Assembly: GCA_947427385.1 (NCBI GenBank)
Contig: CANEHT010000001.1
Location: 19,572-83,571 of the forward strand
Length of the DNA: 64,000 nt
Origin: an uncultured Clostridia bacterium
GTDB taxonomy: Bacteria; Bacillota; Clostridia; Lachnospirales; CAMVHY01
Direction: 5' to 3'
Shown: positions 39,154 through 54,123 of the stretch, one piece after another
How positions within the stretch are numbered: the stretch's first letter is position 1
How the letters are laid out: every line of letters starts with the position of its first letter
The notes under the pieces: generated by a model
What the model was told of the DNA's origin: nothing
Databases searched by the model: none
The model's input: only the letters and a program-made list of their open reading frames with translations
Program-made: the position numbers and the translations under genes

Positions 39154-39166
39154 GAGGTCACCTATA

Positions 39167-41560
39167 ATGCCTAAAGAATTAACTTATAAGCAGCTTAAAA
39201 AAAATTGCGACCCTAAATCTTTTGACTTCAAAACGACAAAAGAATTAGATGGCTTCGATGATACTATTGGCCAAAAACGTGCACTAAAAGCTCTAGAATT
39301 TGGCTTACGTGTTAAAACTAAAGGTTTCAACATTTTTGTTAGTGGTATAAGTGGAATTGGTAAAACTGGTTTTGTAAAAAAAGTTGCACAAAAAATCGCT
39401 GATACTGAACAAATTCCACCTGATTTATGTTATGTCTATAATTTTGATGACCCAAAATTTCCAAAAAAATTAATTTTGCCCGCAGGTTTTGGCAAAATTT
39501 TTAAGGATGAAATGGCGGAATTAATAAATTATTTGACGGACGATTTGCCAAAAGTTTTTAACTCTAAAGATTATGAGGAACGAAAGCTTCAGATTATCCA
39601 AAAATATCAGGACAAGAAAGATAAAATTATTCAGGATATTACCGTGCAGGCACAAGAACAAAATTTTAGTGTCAAGTCAAAAAATAGCGGCATTTATTTT
39701 ATGCCAATGATTGATGGCCAAGTTATATCTGAAGAGCAATTTGACAGTTTGCCGCAGGAACAAAAAGATATTATTACAAAAAATTCATTGGTTATGCAAA
39801 ATCATGCGTCGGAAATTATGAGTGAGCTGAAAGATTACGAAAAAAGTATGAATAAAGAAATTGACGCGCTCGATTATAGTATCGGTTTATTTGAGGTTGG
39901 GCGTCAAATGAGTAATTTGTTTGATAAATATTCTGAGCATGAAAATGTCGTAAATTATTTGCAAGAGGTCAAGGAAAGTATTTTGGACAATATTAATGAA
40001 TTTTTAAAAGATGATGATGCCGAAGAAGAGCCACAGCAATTGATGTTACCATTGAAAGTGAAAAAAGATTCTGACATTTTTCTTAAATATAAAGTTAATG
40101 TTTTGGTTGATAATTCAAATTTGATTTGTGCACCAGTTATCGCTGATTTTAATCCAACTTATTCAAATTTGTGCGGCGAAATTGAGTACGAAAATGAATT
40201 CGGAAACTTGACGACTGATTTTACTAAAATAAAGTCGGGGCTTTTGCATAAAGCCAATGGTGGCTATTTAATTTTGCAGGCAACCGATATTTTTAAAAAT
40301 AATTCGTCATGGGAAGCAATTCAGCGTGTTTTGAAAACCGACAAAATTTCTATTGAGCCGCCGCGCGAAGTTAATACCGGTTTCGCAATTTCTAGTTTGA
40401 CGCCTGAATCTTTTGACGCCAATGTGAAAATTATTATTGTCGGAAATGAAAGCTATTATCGAACGCTGTATCAGTGCGATGAAGATTTCTCGCGTATGTT
40501 TAAAATTTTGGCCGATTTCGATTATGAAATGGATTTTTGTGAAAAATCTGTCGAAGATACTTTGCATTTCATCAAAAATTTTATTGTGCAAAATAAGATA
40601 AAAGATTTGGATGTCGATGCCGTTGCTGCGATAATTGAGCATTCTTCAAGACTTGCTGAGTCACAAAAAAAATTATCTGCGCGCTATAATTTGTTGGCCG
40701 AAATCATGACGGAGGCAGATGCGTGGGCAACTTTGGATAATGAAAAAATTATCACGCGCTTCTACATTGAAAAAGCTATTGACGAAGGTAAAAATCGTTT
40801 GAATATGTATGAAGAAAAGTTGACAGAAATGATTAATGATGATTACATTATGATTGATACGCAAGGCGAAGTTATTGGGCAAATTAATGGGCTTGCCGTT
40901 CTTGACACCGGCAATTATGTTTTCGCAAAGCCATCAAGAATTACTGCTACAACTTATGTCGGAAAAGCTGGCGTTATTAATATTGAAAAAGAGGCCGAGA
41001 TGAGTGGCAGCATACACGAAAAAGGTATTCAAGTTTTAATTGGATATCTCGGGCAAACTTATGCACAAGATTTTCCACTCGCACTTTCATGTCGGGTTTG
41101 TTTTGAACAAAATTATAATGGTGTGGATGGCGACAGCGCTTCCAGTTCAGAGTTATATGCTGTTCTTTCAAGTTTATCTGATTTGCCAATAAGACAAGAC
41201 ATTGCTGTTACGGGAAGCATTAATCAACGCGGTGAGATACAAGTTATTGGTGGCGTTACGCATAAAATTGAGGGCTTCTTTGAATTATGTGAGAAACGTG
41301 GCTTGACGGGGACGCAAGGCGTTATAATTCCCGAGCATAATGTAAACGATTTGACATTGAATAATAAAGTTGTCGAAGCGGTTAAGCATGGTCAATTTCA
41401 TATTTATCCGATAAAACATATTGACGAAGGTATTGAAATATTGACAGGCGTGCAGGCCGGACAGAGAGATTTTAAGGGGAATTATCCGGTGGATTCTGTG
41501 CATGGGTTGGCGATGGAAAAGCTTAAAAGATTTTACAAACAATCGATTGATAGTGAATAA
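39167..41560 (+). CDS. Lon-like ATP-dependent protease (AAA+ with helical insertion, Lon_C protease domain)
   Basis: SD AGGAGG then ATG 39167 (MPKELTYKQL). Walker A is GISGIGKTG. The Ser-Lys dyad contexts are VDGDSASSSELYAVLS and GGVTHKIEGFF. Confidence 0.78.
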   Translation: MPKELTYKQLKKNCDPKSFDFKTTKELDGFDDTIGQKRALKALEFGLRVKTKGFNIFVSGISGIGKTGFVKKVAQKIADTEQIPPDLCYVYNFDDPKFPKKLILPAGFGKIFKDEMAELINYLTDDLPKVFNSKDYEERKLQIIQKYQDKKDKIIQDITVQAQEQNFSVKSKNSGIYFMPMIDGQVISEEQFDSLPQEQKDIITKNSLVMQNHASEIMSELKDYEKSMNKEIDALDYSIGLFEVGRQMSNLFDKYSEHENVVNYLQEVKESILDNINEFLKDDDAEEEPQQLMLPLKVKKDSDIFLKYKVNVLVDNSNLICAPVIADFNPTYSNLCGEIEYENEFGNLTTDFTKIKSGLLHKANGGYLILQATDIFKNNSSWEAIQRVLKTDKISIEPPREVNTGFAISSLTPESFDANVKIIIVGNESYYRTLYQCDEDFSRMFKILADFDYEMDFCEKSVEDTLHFIKNFIVQNKIKDLDVDAVAAIIEHSSRLAESQKKLSARYNLLAEIMTEADAWATLDNEKIITRFYIEKAIDEGKNRLNMYEEKLTEMINDDYIMIDTQGEVIGQINGLAVLDTGNYVFAKPSRITATTYVGKAGVINIEKEAEMSGSIHEKGIQVLIGYLGQTYAQDFPLALSCRVCFEQNYNGVDGDSASSSELYAVLSSLSDLPIRQDIAVTGSINQRGEIQVIGGVTHKIEGFFELCEKRGLTGTQGVIIPEHNVNDLTLNNKVVEAVKHGQFHIYPIKHIDEGIEILTGVQAGQRDFKGNYPVDSVHGLAMEKLKRFYKQSIDSE

Positions 41561-41568
41561 AATTTTGA

Positions 41569-42066
41569 TTGGTGATGAATTTGTATTTAATTGATTTTAT
41601 GATTAAAAATAATTTGAGTTTGTCTTGCGCCGAATCATGTACGGGTGGATTGTTGTCAGCTAAATTTGTCGATTTCGCTGGAATATCCAAAATTTTTTTC
41701 GAAGGAATTGTAGCTTACAACAACACCGCAAAAGTAAAAAGATTAGGCGTTAGCAAAGAAACGTTAAGAAAATTTGGCGCCGTAAGCGAGCAGACAGCTT
41801 TGGAAATGTTAAATGGATTAGAAACCGATATTCGTATTTCTACGACAGGAATTGCAGGACCTACGTCAGACAATTCTCAAAAACCTGTCGGACTTGTTTA
41901 TATTGGTTTGAAAATAAATGATAAATCTTATATACAAAAATATAATTTTATGGGCGACCGTGAAAGCATTCGTAATCAAACTGTCAATGCCGCTTTAGAT
42001 TTTTTGGGTGAAAAATTGTTGGTGAATATCGATGAAAAAAATTGTGAGAACGAAAAAGGTTATTAA
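41569..42066 (+). CDS. pncC: CinA C-terminal domain protein (nicotinamide-nucleotide amidohydrolase PncC-like)
   Basis: LSCAESCTGGLLSAKF...GAVSEQTALEM...TGIAGP motifs. 165 aa, and the N-terminal MoCF domain is absent. Confidence 0.8.
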   Translation: MVMNLYLIDFMIKNNLSLSCAESCTGGLLSAKFVDFAGISKIFFEGIVAYNNTAKVKRLGVSKETLRKFGAVSEQTALEMLNGLETDIRISTTGIAGPTSDNSQKPVGLVYIGLKINDKSYIQKYNFMGDRESIRNQTVNAALDFLGEKLLVNIDEKNCENEKGY

Positions 42067-43297
42067 AGGCGTAATAAATTTGCCTGCTGACAAATCTATT
42101 TCACATCGCGCATTGATTCTTGGTGCAATTGCGAATGGCCAAACTCAAATAAAAAATTTTTCGTTCAATAATGCATGTCGAGCAACTTTAAACTGTTTGA
42201 AAGATTTGGGCGCAGATATAAAAAATTTGTCCAACAAAGTTGTCATAAATGGCCATGATTTTTTACAGCCAAAAAAAATTTTAAACGCACAAACTAGTGG
42301 CACAACTCTTCGATTAATGCTGGGGCTTTTAGCAGCTCAAAAATTTCCGTCACAAATAAAATGTATCGGCTCGTTGAAAAAGCGGCCGATGAGTAAGTTA
42401 TTAGAAGCGCTCAGAAAAATGGGCGCAAAAATAACTTTACGTGACGGAACATTTTTTATTGAGCCAAGCCAACTTTCACCGATTGAATATAAAATGCCAG
42501 TACCAAGTGCACAAATTAAATCGGCTGTAATTTTGACAAGTTTATTTTGCAGTGGAACGACAAAAATTATTGAACCTATAAAATCTCGTAATCATACGGA
42601 AACAATGATAAATTATTTTGGTGGTAAGGTTTTTTGTCATGACAATAAAATTTTATGTGTTGGTCATCAAAGTTTGATAGGCAAGAAAATGAATTTACCG
42701 GCAGATACGTCTTCTGCCGCATTTTTTATTGTTCTCGCTTTAGTTTTTCCCGGTGCACATATTATTTTACGAAACGTGCTTGTAAATCCAAGACGAACCG
42801 GTTTGATACGAGTTTTGCAAAAAATGGGCGCGAAAATTTTTATCAATAATCAGCACGAAATTTATCCTGGTGAAGATGTTGCCGATATCGAAGTTTGTTC
42901 GTCACAATTGAAATCAATTCAAATTTGTGGCGATATTGTTGTCGATATGATTGATGAATTTCCAGCGTTTATTGTTGCTGCATTGTTTGCCAAAGGTACG
43001 AGTATTGTAAAAAATGCTAGACAATTAAAGTTCAAAGAATCTGACAGAATTATGACTGCTACTGAAGAATTTAACCGTTTAGGTGCAAAAATTAAGCCCA
43101 CATCCGATGGAATGATTATCGAAGGTGGGTTTGATTTAAATAAAAATTGTGAGGTTTTTTCGCACGGTGACCATCGAATTGCAATGAGTTTAGCAATTTT
43201 TGCAATTGCGGCCAATAAAGAACTGGTGATAAATGATGCACAATGTATCGATGATTCGTTTCCAGGTTTCTTTGATTACTTAGACATATTTTTTTGA
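42032..43297 (+). CDS. aroA: 3-phosphoshikimate 1-carboxyvinyltransferase (EPSP synthase)
   Basis: [35 protein letters not shown] and DHRIAMS motifs. Confidence 0.93.
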   Translation: MKKIVRTKKVIKGVINLPADKSISHRALILGAIANGQTQIKNFSFNNACRATLNCLKDLGADIKNLSNKVVINGHDFLQPKKILNAQTSGTTLRLMLGLLAAQKFPSQIKCIGSLKKRPMSKLLEALRKMGAKITLRDGTFFIEPSQLSPIEYKMPVPSAQIKSAVILTSLFCSGTTKIIEPIKSRNHTETMINYFGGKVFCHDNKILCVGHQSLIGKKMNLPADTSSAAFFIVLALVFPGAHIILRNVLVNPRRTGLIRVLQKMGAKIFINNQHEIYPGEDVADIEVCSSQLKSIQICGDIVVDMIDEFPAFIVAALFAKGTSIVKNARQLKFKESDRIMTATEEFNRLGAKIKPTSDGMIIEGGFDLNKNCEVFSHGDHRIAMSLAIFAIAANKELVINDAQCIDDSFPGFFDYLDIFF

Positions 43298-44520
43298 TAT
43301 TTATTTGTCAAATTTTTTACGCGCATCAAACATTCTTGCTTTTTGCTTTCATAATTGACAGTTATTTCTTTAATTATGCGTGCGATTTCTCGCATATCAT
43401 CTATGTCCATTCCGCGAGTTGTAACGGCTGGAGTTCCGAGTCTTATACCGCTCGCTATCGACGGTTTTTGAGTTTCAAATGGAACCGTATTTTTATTGCA
43501 AGTGATTCCGATTTCGTCCAAACGCTTTTCTGCTTCTTTGCCCGTTATTCCCATGTTACGTAGGTCAACCAACAATAAATGATTGTTCGTACCACCTGAC
43601 ACCAATTTAAAATTTAATGTCAAAAGTTCAGTTGCAAGTGCCTGCGCATTTGCAATTATTTTTTTACAGTAAATCTTAAATGAATCATCGAGTGCTTCCT
43701 TAAATGCAACAGCTTTCGCCGCAATTACATGCATCAGTGGCCCGCCTTGTATACCAGGAAACACAGCTTTATCAATTTTTTCGGCATATTCTTTTTTACA
43801 CAAAATTATTCCGCCACGTGGTCCACGCAAAGTTTTATGCGTAGTTGATGTAACAAAATCAGCATATGGTACGGGATTTTGATGTAAACCTGTTGCAATT
43901 AAGCCAGCAATATGCGCCATATCAACCATTAAATATGCGCCAACTTCTTTTGAAATTTCAGCAAATTTTTTAAAATCAATTGTACGTGGATAAGCGCTTG
44001 CGCCTGCAATTATAAGTTTTGGCTTGTTTTCTTTTGCAATCTCGCGCACTTGGTCGTAATCAATCATTTCAGTTGATTGGTCGACGCCGTACGAAACAAT
44101 TTTAAAATATCGTCCGGAAAAGTTTACATGACTACCATGAGTTAAATGCCCGCCGTGTGACAAATCCATACCCATGATTGTGTCGCCGGGATTCAAAACT
44201 GCAAAAAAAACTGCCATGTTTGCTTGCGCGCCGGAATGTGGCTGAACGTTTGCATGCTCAGCGCCAAACAATTTTTTAAGTCTTTCGCGTGCGAGATTTT
44301 CAACTATATCAACATTTTCGCAGCCGCCGTAATATCTTTTTGACGGATAACCTTCTGCGTATTTATTTGTAAGTGGCGAACCCATTGCTGCCATAACAGC
44401 TTTGGAGACAAAATTTTCTGACGCAATTAATTCAATTTTATTATTTTGTCTGTCAATTTCTTTTGTAATTGCGGCCGCAATTTCTGGGTCAACTTTTTCG
44501 ATTTCGCTAAAATCGTACAT
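43276..44520 (-). CDS. glyA: serine hydroxymethyltransferase
   Basis: [21 protein letters not shown] and [12 protein letters not shown] motifs. Confidence 0.97.
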   Translation of the reverse strand: MYDFSEIEKVDPEIAAAITKEIDRQNNKIELIASENFVSKAVMAAMGSPLTNKYAEGYPSKRYYGGCENVDIVENLARERLKKLFGAEHANVQPHSGAQANMAVFFAVLNPGDTIMGMDLSHGGHLTHGSHVNFSGRYFKIVSYGVDQSTEMIDYDQVREIAKENKPKLIIAGASAYPRTIDFKKFAEISKEVGAYLMVDMAHIAGLIATGLHQNPVPYADFVTSTTHKTLRGPRGGIILCKKEYAEKIDKAVFPGIQGGPLMHVIAAKAVAFKEALDDSFKIYCKKIIANAQALATELLTLNFKLVSGGTNNHLLLVDLRNMGITGKEAEKRLDEIGITCNKNTVPFETQKPSIASGIRLGTPAVTTRGMDIDDMREIARIIKEITVNYESKKQECLMRVKNLTNKYQKNMSK

Positions 44521-44553
44521 CTAATTCACTCCATTCAAAATCTTTCGTAAAAA

Positions 44554-45777
44554 TCAAAACTTGTTCTCAATAAATTTTTCTAATTTAACTTTTAAATCTA
44601 AGCCGTTACCGCCACGAATGACGTGTAATTTTATTTCATCATTGATTTTACATTTGCTAATTAAATTTGACAATTCTTCTATGGTATAAACAGTTTTATC
44701 GTTAAATTTTGTTATCACGTCGAATTCTCGAACGCCGTATTTTTCAGCGTTAGAGTTAGTTACGACAGAATTTACAAATACGCCGATTGTTGGCAAGCCG
44801 TATTCGTCAGCAATTTTTTGCGTGATATTGATTCCCATGATTCCTAAGTAAGGTTTATTTGGTGAATTCATAATTTCTTCGACAATTGTTTTGACATTAT
44901 TTGCGGGAATGCAGAACGCAATTCCTTCGACTGTAAATTTTGCATATTTTGCCGTTGTTATACCGATTACTTCGCCTGAAGAATTTATCACGGCGCCACC
45001 ACTATTGCCGGTATTAATCGATGCGTCAATTTGCATTACATTAAGTTCTTTGCCATCGACACTAATTTTTTTATCTTTAGCACTTATTATTCCAGAGGTT
45101 ACTGAATTTCCTTCGCCCAACGCATTTCCAATTGCAATAATTTTTTCACCAACGAGTGCCTCATCAGAATTTCCAAAGCGTGCTACTTTTATATTAGTAA
45201 TATTTTGGCTTGCCAAATCTTTTTTATTGACACTTATAACTGCTAAATCTGATTGTGCATTTTTTCCGACAGGTTGTGCTGGAATTGCCTGCGAATTTTC
45301 TATCGTTATACTTACAGTATCTGCGCCATTTATTACGTGGCAATTCGTAACGATATAAACTTTTTCATCATCTTCGTAAAAAATTATTCCGGAACCTGAA
45401 CCATCTTGTTGAATTGGGAAGCCGAAAAACATATCACTTTTTGTTGTCGAAACCGTATTTATTACGACAACTGATTTCGTTACATTATTTATTATTGAAA
45501 CTGAGTCTTGATTGTCAATAGATGATGTTGGCTCATTAGTTGTAAATGAAAAATTATTATCTTCATTGTTTGAATATCTATTTAAGAAATTATTAACGAG
45601 ACCGGTACCGAAACCGAATCCAAATCCAATTGCACTACCGCCTAAAATACTTGCGATACAAACTAAAGCGATGATACCGGTAATTTTTTCACGTTTACGA
45701 CGTTTATTAACAATTTTTACGTAATCAATTTCATCATGATTAAGTTGGTCCGAATTTTTTTGCTCATTATCTTCCAT
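44554..45777 (-). CDS. htrA: HtrA/DegP-family S1C serine protease with N-terminal anchor and PDZ domain
   Basis: TNCHVI, SDLAVI and GNSGGAVINSSGEVIGI mark the catalytic triad contexts. There is a TM segment near the N-terminus and a C-terminal PDZ-like region. Confidence 0.85.
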   Translation of the reverse strand: MEDNEQKNSDQLNHDEIDYVKIVNKRRKREKITGIIALVCIASILGGSAIGFGFGFGTGLVNNFLNRYSNNEDNNFSFTTNEPTSSIDNQDSVSIINNVTKSVVVINTVSTTKSDMFFGFPIQQDGSGSGIIFYEDDEKVYIVTNCHVINGADTVSITIENSQAIPAQPVGKNAQSDLAVISVNKKDLASQNITNIKVARFGNSDEALVGEKIIAIGNALGEGNSVTSGIISAKDKKISVDGKELNVMQIDASINTGNSGGAVINSSGEVIGITTAKYAKFTVEGIAFCIPANNVKTIVEEIMNSPNKPYLGIMGINITQKIADEYGLPTIGVFVNSVVTNSNAEKYGVREFDVITKFNDKTVYTIEELSNLISKCKINDEIKLHVIRGGNGLDLKVKLEKFIENKF

Positions 45778-45843
45778 AATTAATTCCTCCCTAAAAATAA
45801 TTTTTTATGTTAAAATACAAAATTAAAACGTGAGGTAAGTATA

Positions 45844-46636
45844 ATGATTCTGAAAATTATAACGCAAATTTTCCTAAAATGCAAAAATGATAATATTAAT
45901 ACGATTTCAAATCAATTAACCTATAAAATTTTACTCTCACTATTCCCATTTGTAATATTTTTAATGACATTAATCGCATACTTTAATCTCGATATAAATA
46001 TTTTACTCATGAAAGTTAGTAATATGATACCGATACAGGCAATGGGAATAGTAAATTTATTTATCACCGAAGTTGTTACTAAAAAAAATATCCAATTACT
46101 CTCATCAAGTTTATTAATAAGTATATTTAGTGCGTCGTCTGGTTTCTCATCAATTATTAAATGTATAAATAAAATTTACTGCCAATATGACTCACGGAAT
46201 TTTTTAGTTATTCGTATAATAAGTATTTTTTGCGTAATATTTTTTGCACTCTCATTAATTTTATGCATTATCTTAATCGTATTCGGTAACAAAATTTTCT
46301 CGTCACTCTCTATCTATTCCCCAATTAGTATAATTTTTCGTTACTTTACCTCAATTTTTCTTTTAACATTTTTCTCCGCATTAATTTATAAAATTTCTAT
46401 TAGCCGTAAAATAAATTTTTTATCATTACTTCCCGGCGCAATGTTTTGTGCATGCGGCTGGATAGTTTTAAGTTCCGCTTTTAATTTCTACGTAAATAAT
46501 TTCTCTCGCTACTCAACTTTTTACGGTAGTGTCGGTAGTATTTTTATTTTAATGCTTTGGATTAATTTACTCATTAATGTTTTACTTATTGGAATTGAAA
46601 TAAATTATTGGCTTGATAGAGATGGAGATGAAACTC

Positions 46637-46665
<29 letters not shown>
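45844..46665 (+). CDS. YihY/BrkB family membrane protein
   Basis: A multi-TM protein with NQLTYKILLSLFPFVIFL and YGSVGSIFILMLWINL patterns typical of YihY. Confidence 0.7.
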
Positions 46666-47955
<1,290 letters not shown>

Positions 47956-47966
47956 GAGGAAAAATT

Positions 47967-48476
47967 TTGGACAGGATAATTGGCTTTGACAATCAATTAA
48001 TCATACAAATTTTCTTTCAATTTTTTAATACATTAGTTTGTGTAATGATTCTTTATCATTTTTTATATAAGCCTGTAAAGAAATTCATGCAAAATCGTAC
48101 AAATCGTATTGCAAAAGAAATAAATGATACAGAAAAAAATTCTGCTCAAGTACAAAAATTAAAGAGTGATTACGAGCAAAAATTGGTACAAATTGAGAAC
48201 GAAAAGAATGAGATATTAGAGGCGGCGCACAAACAAGCCATTATTAATAAAGATTTAATTATTACGGAGGCAAAACGTGAGGCCGCAAAAATAATAGAGC
48301 GTGCTAATCTCGAAATTAAATATGAAAAACAGCAAATTCATGCCGATATGAAAAATCAAGTTGTTAATATTTCTTGGATTGTTATAAGCGATTTTTTGCA
48401 AAATAATTTGGACAGTGAGATGCAAAATAAACTGGTAGATTTAGCTTTAAAAAAAATGGGTGAAACAAAATGGTAA
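47967..48476 (+). CDS. atpF: F0 ATP synthase subunit b
   Basis: N-terminal TM segment plus a long charged helix, in the expected operon position. Starts at TTG with SD AGGAGG. Confidence 0.75.
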   Translation: MDRIIGFDNQLIIQIFFQFFNTLVCVMILYHFLYKPVKKFMQNRTNRIAKEINDTEKNSAQVQKLKSDYEQKLVQIENEKNEILEAAHKQAIINKDLIITEAKREAAKIIERANLEIKYEKQQIHADMKNQVVNISWIVISDFLQNNLDSEMQNKLVDLALKKMGETKW

Positions 48477-49024
48477 TCTCAAAAATTTACGCGCAAGTTC
48501 TATTTGAATTAGCAAATGAAGATAATTGCCTCGATTTAATTTCTGCTGATTTAAAATTTGCGCGTCAAAATGTTTTTAATAACCAACAATTCATATCGCT
48601 ATTCCTCAATCCAAATATAAAATTTGCGGATAAATCTGCTATTATTAAAAAAATTTTCACAGATAATAAATTACTTGTGAATTTTTTTTTAGTAATGCTC
48701 CAAAAAAACAGGTTCGCACATGTGAATTCTGTTATTGAAATTTTTTTCAATTTGTATAATAAATCCCAAAATATTTTGAATGCGTCAATTCGTTCCGCCG
48801 TACCACTATCTCAAAATGTTTTGACAACCGTGCAAAATATCCTTGAAAAAAAATTCCATGCAACTATCGTTTTGGAAAATATTATTGACAAAAATGTTTT
48901 GGGCGGTTTCATTGTAAAAATTGATGAAACCCTCATCGATTTGAGTATTAGTTCGTATCTCGCTAATTTCAAAAAATATCTTTTCAATTTGAATTTGCAA
49001 GAATGGAGTGGAAATTCACTATGA
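48470..49024 (+). CDS. atpH: F1 ATP synthase subunit delta (OSCP)
   Basis: Lies between atpF and atpA. The N-terminus YAQVLFELA and the C-terminus [15 protein letters not shown] are typical of the delta subunit. Confidence 0.75.
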   Translation: MVISKIYAQVLFELANEDNCLDLISADLKFARQNVFNNQQFISLFLNPNIKFADKSAIIKKIFTDNKLLVNFFLVMLQKNRFAHVNSVIEIFFNLYNKSQNILNASIRSAVPLSQNVLTTVQNILEKKFHATIVLENIIDKNVLGGFIVKIDETLIDLSISSYLANFKKYLFNLNLQEWSGNSL

Positions 49025-50535
49025 GTTTGAACCTTGAAGAAGTTGCCAATATCATTAAGCACGAAATTAAAAATTATGACTCAATCTCCGATGTCTCTCA
49101 AGTCGGAACTGTTGTACAAGTTAATGACGGTATCGCTCATGTCTACGGCTTGACAAATGTTATGAGCGGTGAGCTCGTTGAGTTCGACAATAATATTTTC
49201 GGTATGGCTATGAATCTCGAAGTCGACAGCGTTGGCGTAATTATTTTCGGTAACGCTGATGAAATTTCCGAAGGCAGTCAAGTTAAGTTAACTAATAAAG
49301 TCGTAGAAGTTCCTGTCGGTGATTCATTGCTCGGCAGAGTTGTTAATGCACTCGGTGAACCAATTGATGAAAAAGGTCCGATTGTTTCAAAAATTAAAAA
49401 GCCGATTGAAAAAGTTGCACCAGGTGTTATCACGCGTAAAGAAGTAAATGTTCCGTTACAAACGGGAATTAAAGCGATTGATGCAATGGTTCCGATTGGC
49501 CGTGGTCAGCGTGAATTGGTTATTGGTGATCGCCAAACTGGTAAAACAGCAATTTGTATCGACGCTATAATAAATCAGAAAAACAAAAACGTTTATTGCG
49601 TTTATGTTGCAATTGGACAAAAAATGTCAACGATTACGCGCATTGTTAAAACGCTAACAGATTACGGCGCTTTGGATTACACAACAATTGTTGTTGCCAG
49701 TGCGGCTGATAGTGCGTCAATGCAATATATTGCGCCGTACGCAGGCTGTACGATGGCGGAAGAGTGGATGGAGCACGGTAAAGATGTTTTGATTGTGTAC
49801 GATGATTTGTCAAAACATGCTGTCGCTTACCGAACCATGTCATTGCTTTTACGGCGGCCGCCTGGTCGTGAAGCATATCCCGGCGATGTTTTTTATCTCC
49901 ATTCGAGATTGCTGGAAAGGTCGGCACGTTTGTCAAAAGAATATGGCGGCGGTTCGATTACGGCGTTACCAATAATTGAAACTCAAGCGGGCGATGTTTC
50001 CGCGTACATTCCGACAAATGTTATTTCCATTACTGATGGACAAATTTATTTGGAAACTGAATTGTTTAATTCAGGAATACGGCCGGCTATAAATCCTGGA
50101 TTGTCAGTTTCAAGAGTTGGAGGCAGTGCGCAGATTAAAGCAATGAAAAAAGTTGCGGGGCCAATTCGAATTGAACTTGCACAATATCGTGAGCTTGAAG
50201 CTTTTTCACAATTTGGTTCCGAACTTGATGCGGATACATTGAAGCGATTGGAAAAAGGTAAAAGACTTTTGGAAATTTTAAAACAAAAACAATATGAGAC
50301 GATGGCAGTTGAGGATGAAGTTATTATTTTGTATGCTGTAACGCAAAATTATTTGGACGATGTACCGCTTGAAAAAGTTTTGGAGTTTGAAAATGAATTT
50401 TTGATTTACGTTAATAAATTCCACAAGGATATTATTGACGAAATTGCCGATAAAAAAGATATTTCTGATGCGTTGGAAATAAAAATTAAAAAAGCTATTG
50501 ACAAATTTAAAGCTGAAAATCTCCAGCTTTTATAA
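49021..50535 (+). CDS. atpA: F1 ATP synthase subunit alpha
   Basis: [10 protein letters not shown]-loop and other conserved alpha-subunit motifs. ATG 49021 overlaps the atpH stop. Confidence 0.96.
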   Translation: MSLNLEEVANIIKHEIKNYDSISDVSQVGTVVQVNDGIAHVYGLTNVMSGELVEFDNNIFGMAMNLEVDSVGVIIFGNADEISEGSQVKLTNKVVEVPVGDSLLGRVVNALGEPIDEKGPIVSKIKKPIEKVAPGVITRKEVNVPLQTGIKAIDAMVPIGRGQRELVIGDRQTGKTAICIDAIINQKNKNVYCVYVAIGQKMSTITRIVKTLTDYGALDYTTIVVASAADSASMQYIAPYAGCTMAEEWMEHGKDVLIVYDDLSKHAVAYRTMSLLLRRPPGREAYPGDVFYLHSRLLERSARLSKEYGGGSITALPIIETQAGDVSAYIPTNVISITDGQIYLETELFNSGIRPAINPGLSVSRVGGSAQIKAMKKVAGPIRIELAQYRELEAFSQFGSELDADTLKRLEKGKRLLEILKQKQYETMAVEDEVIILYAVTQNYLDDVPLEKVLEFENEFLIYVNKFHKDIIDEIADKKDISDALEIKIKKAIDKFKAENLQLL

Positions 50536-50553
50536 AAATTTTGAGGTGCCGCA

Positions 50554-51330
50554 ATGTCTATAAAAGATATGAAATATCGGATAAATAGCGTAAAAAATAT
50601 CCGTCAAATTACAAAAGCGGTTGGTTTAGTTTCTTCGACTCGTTTGCAACGGATGCGGACTAAATTTGAAAGTTCGCGTCAATTTTTTTCCCAAATCGAA
50701 AATTTAAATGTTTCTAGCAAATTTTTTTGTCAGCCTAAAAGCAAACGTTGTGTGATTTTGGTTGTAAGCGACAAAGGTTTATGTGGCAGTTATAATTTAA
50801 ATATCGGGCGTTTCGCTGTTGATTTGTATCGCGAAAAAAAAAATTCAGCACTGATGATAATAGGAAGCAGTGGTGCGGAAATTGTTCGTCGTAATAATAT
50901 TGCGCCTGATAGAATTTTTACTGGTGCAGATGAAAATTATGTTTCAGAAATTGCGGACGCAGCGATTTCTTTTTATCATGATGATTATGAAATTTATTTG
51001 GCGTACACAAAATTTTATTCAGCTGTGAAAACTGTTCCGACTTATAAAAAAATTTTACCAATGAAAAAATCTAACGTTATCTTTGAACCTGATGAAAAAA
51101 CTGTTGTCGATTTTTTTGTACCAAATTATGTTCGTGCTGCTATTTCTTCCGCTATTTTAGAAGCTAGTGTTTGCGAGCAAAGTACGCGCATGATGAATAT
51201 GAATGCCGCTACGGAAAATGCGAATGAAATGATTAATAATTTGGTCTTGAAATATAATCGCCTCCGCCAAAATCAAATTACTCAGGAATTAACTGAAATT
51301 ATTGGCGGCGCTGATGCTTTAAATGATTAG
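50554..51330 (+). CDS. atpG: F1 ATP synthase subunit gamma (short, 258 aa)
   Basis: The N-terminus IKNIRQITKAV and the C-terminus ITQELTEIIGGADAL are typical of gamma. Confidence 0.88.
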   Translation: MSIKDMKYRINSVKNIRQITKAVGLVSSTRLQRMRTKFESSRQFFSQIENLNVSSKFFCQPKSKRCVILVVSDKGLCGSYNLNIGRFAVDLYREKKNSALMIIGSSGAEIVRRNNIAPDRIFTGADENYVSEIADAAISFYHDDYEIYLAYTKFYSAVKTVPTYKKILPMKKSNVIFEPDEKTVVDFFVPNYVRAAISSAILEASVCEQSTRMMNMNAATENANEMINNLVLKYNRLRQNQITQELTEIIGGADALND

Positions 51331-51338
51331 GAGTGTGA

Positions 51339-52965
<1,627 letters not shown>

Positions 52966-52975
52966 GAAGGTTCGT

Positions 52976-53947
52976 ATGGCTGATAAAATTACAATAGCAG
53001 TTGACGCGATGGGCGGCGATAACGCACCGCACGAAATCATTAAAGGCTGTATCGATGCTGCAAATAAAAACGTGAAAATAATTTTGGTTGGTAAAAAAAA
53101 TTTGATAGAATCTCAGAAATTTAATTTTACGGACATAGAAATTTTGAATGCAACCGAAGTGATTAATACCGAAGATTCACCAATATGGGCACTGAAAAAT
53201 AAAAAAGATTCATCAATTGTAAAAGGTTTAAATTTGGTTAAAGAAAAAATTGCGGACGGATTCGTTTCGGCCGGTAATACCGGTGCAATTTTGTCTTGTG
53301 CTACAATTTTGCTCAAACGTATTCCAAAAATAAATCGTCCAGCATTAGCAACACCTTTGCCAAATATTAACGGCATTTCACTTTTGCTTGACAGTGGTGC
53401 AAATGTTGAATGTAAACCAATTTATTTAGAACAGTTTGCAAAAATGGGTTCAGTTTATATGGAAAATGTTATGGGCATAAAAAATCCACGCGTTGGATTG
53501 GTTAACGTTGGGGTTGAAGATACGAAAGGCAATGCATTGACAAAGGAAGCTTACGAAATTTTGAAAAACTCAAATTTAAATTTTATTGGCAATGTTGAAG
53601 CGCGTGATATTCCCGCTGGTATCGCAGACGTAATAGTTTGTGATGGATTTACTGGGAACGTGATTTTAAAAAATACTGAAGGTGTTGCGCAAAATATTTT
53701 CAAGATGTTGAAAACTGAACTAAAGAAAAATTTTTCAAGAAAACTTGGCGCTATTTTAGCTAAGCCAGCTTTTATAAATATGAAAAAGAAATTTGATTAT
53801 GCAGAAATTGGTGGCGCTCCATTTTTAGGTTTAACTTCAATTGTAGTTAAAGCGCATGGGTCATCAAATGCAAAAGCTATCAAAAATGCAATTTCACAAT
53901 GTGTAAATTTTATTAAGGCTGATGTTACAAAAAAAATAAATGATTAA
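52976..53947 (+). CDS. plsX: phosphate acyltransferase PlsX
   Basis: IAVDAMGGDNAP, SAGNTGA and VKAHGSSNA motifs. Confidence 0.94.
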   Translation: MADKITIAVDAMGGDNAPHEIIKGCIDAANKNVKIILVGKKNLIESQKFNFTDIEILNATEVINTEDSPIWALKNKKDSSIVKGLNLVKEKIADGFVSAGNTGAILSCATILLKRIPKINRPALATPLPNINGISLLLDSGANVECKPIYLEQFAKMGSVYMENVMGIKNPRVGLVNVGVEDTKGNALTKEAYEILKNSNLNFIGNVEARDIPAGIADVIVCDGFTGNVILKNTEGVAQNIFKMLKTELKKNFSRKLGAILAKPAFINMKKKFDYAEIGGAPFLGLTSIVVKAHGSSNAKAIKNAISQCVNFIKADVTKKIND

Positions 53948-54031
53948 CTCTTAAAAAACAAAACCGTTCTTTTTTTGTAAAAAAAGGACCATAATCAGCT
54001 TTTTCAAAGCTGCTTCATGAAAAAACTTTAT

Positions 54032-54067
54032 AAAAAATCTTTGTGCGTTTGCACAAAGATTTTTTTT
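54032..54067. terminator. bidirectional rho-independent terminator
   Basis: A6-ATCTTTGTGC-gttt-GCACAAAGAT-T7 between plsX (+) and 54124-55140 (-). It resembles the 13322-13354 terminator, including the flank GTTAAAGTTCT. Confidence 0.75.
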
Positions 54068-54123
54068 GTTAAAGTTCTTTTATTACTTTTCTTTCAAGAA
54101 AAGTAAAGGTTTTATTTTTATTT

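Noticed and set aside
39167-41560. The Lon-like protease considered as a BREX BrxL-type or other defence component, with RimI or PncC as partners.
   Set aside because: No PglX, PglZ, BrxA-C or other defence genes are nearby. The gene sits among housekeeping genes, and its features fit the widespread Lon-like protease family of Firmicutes.
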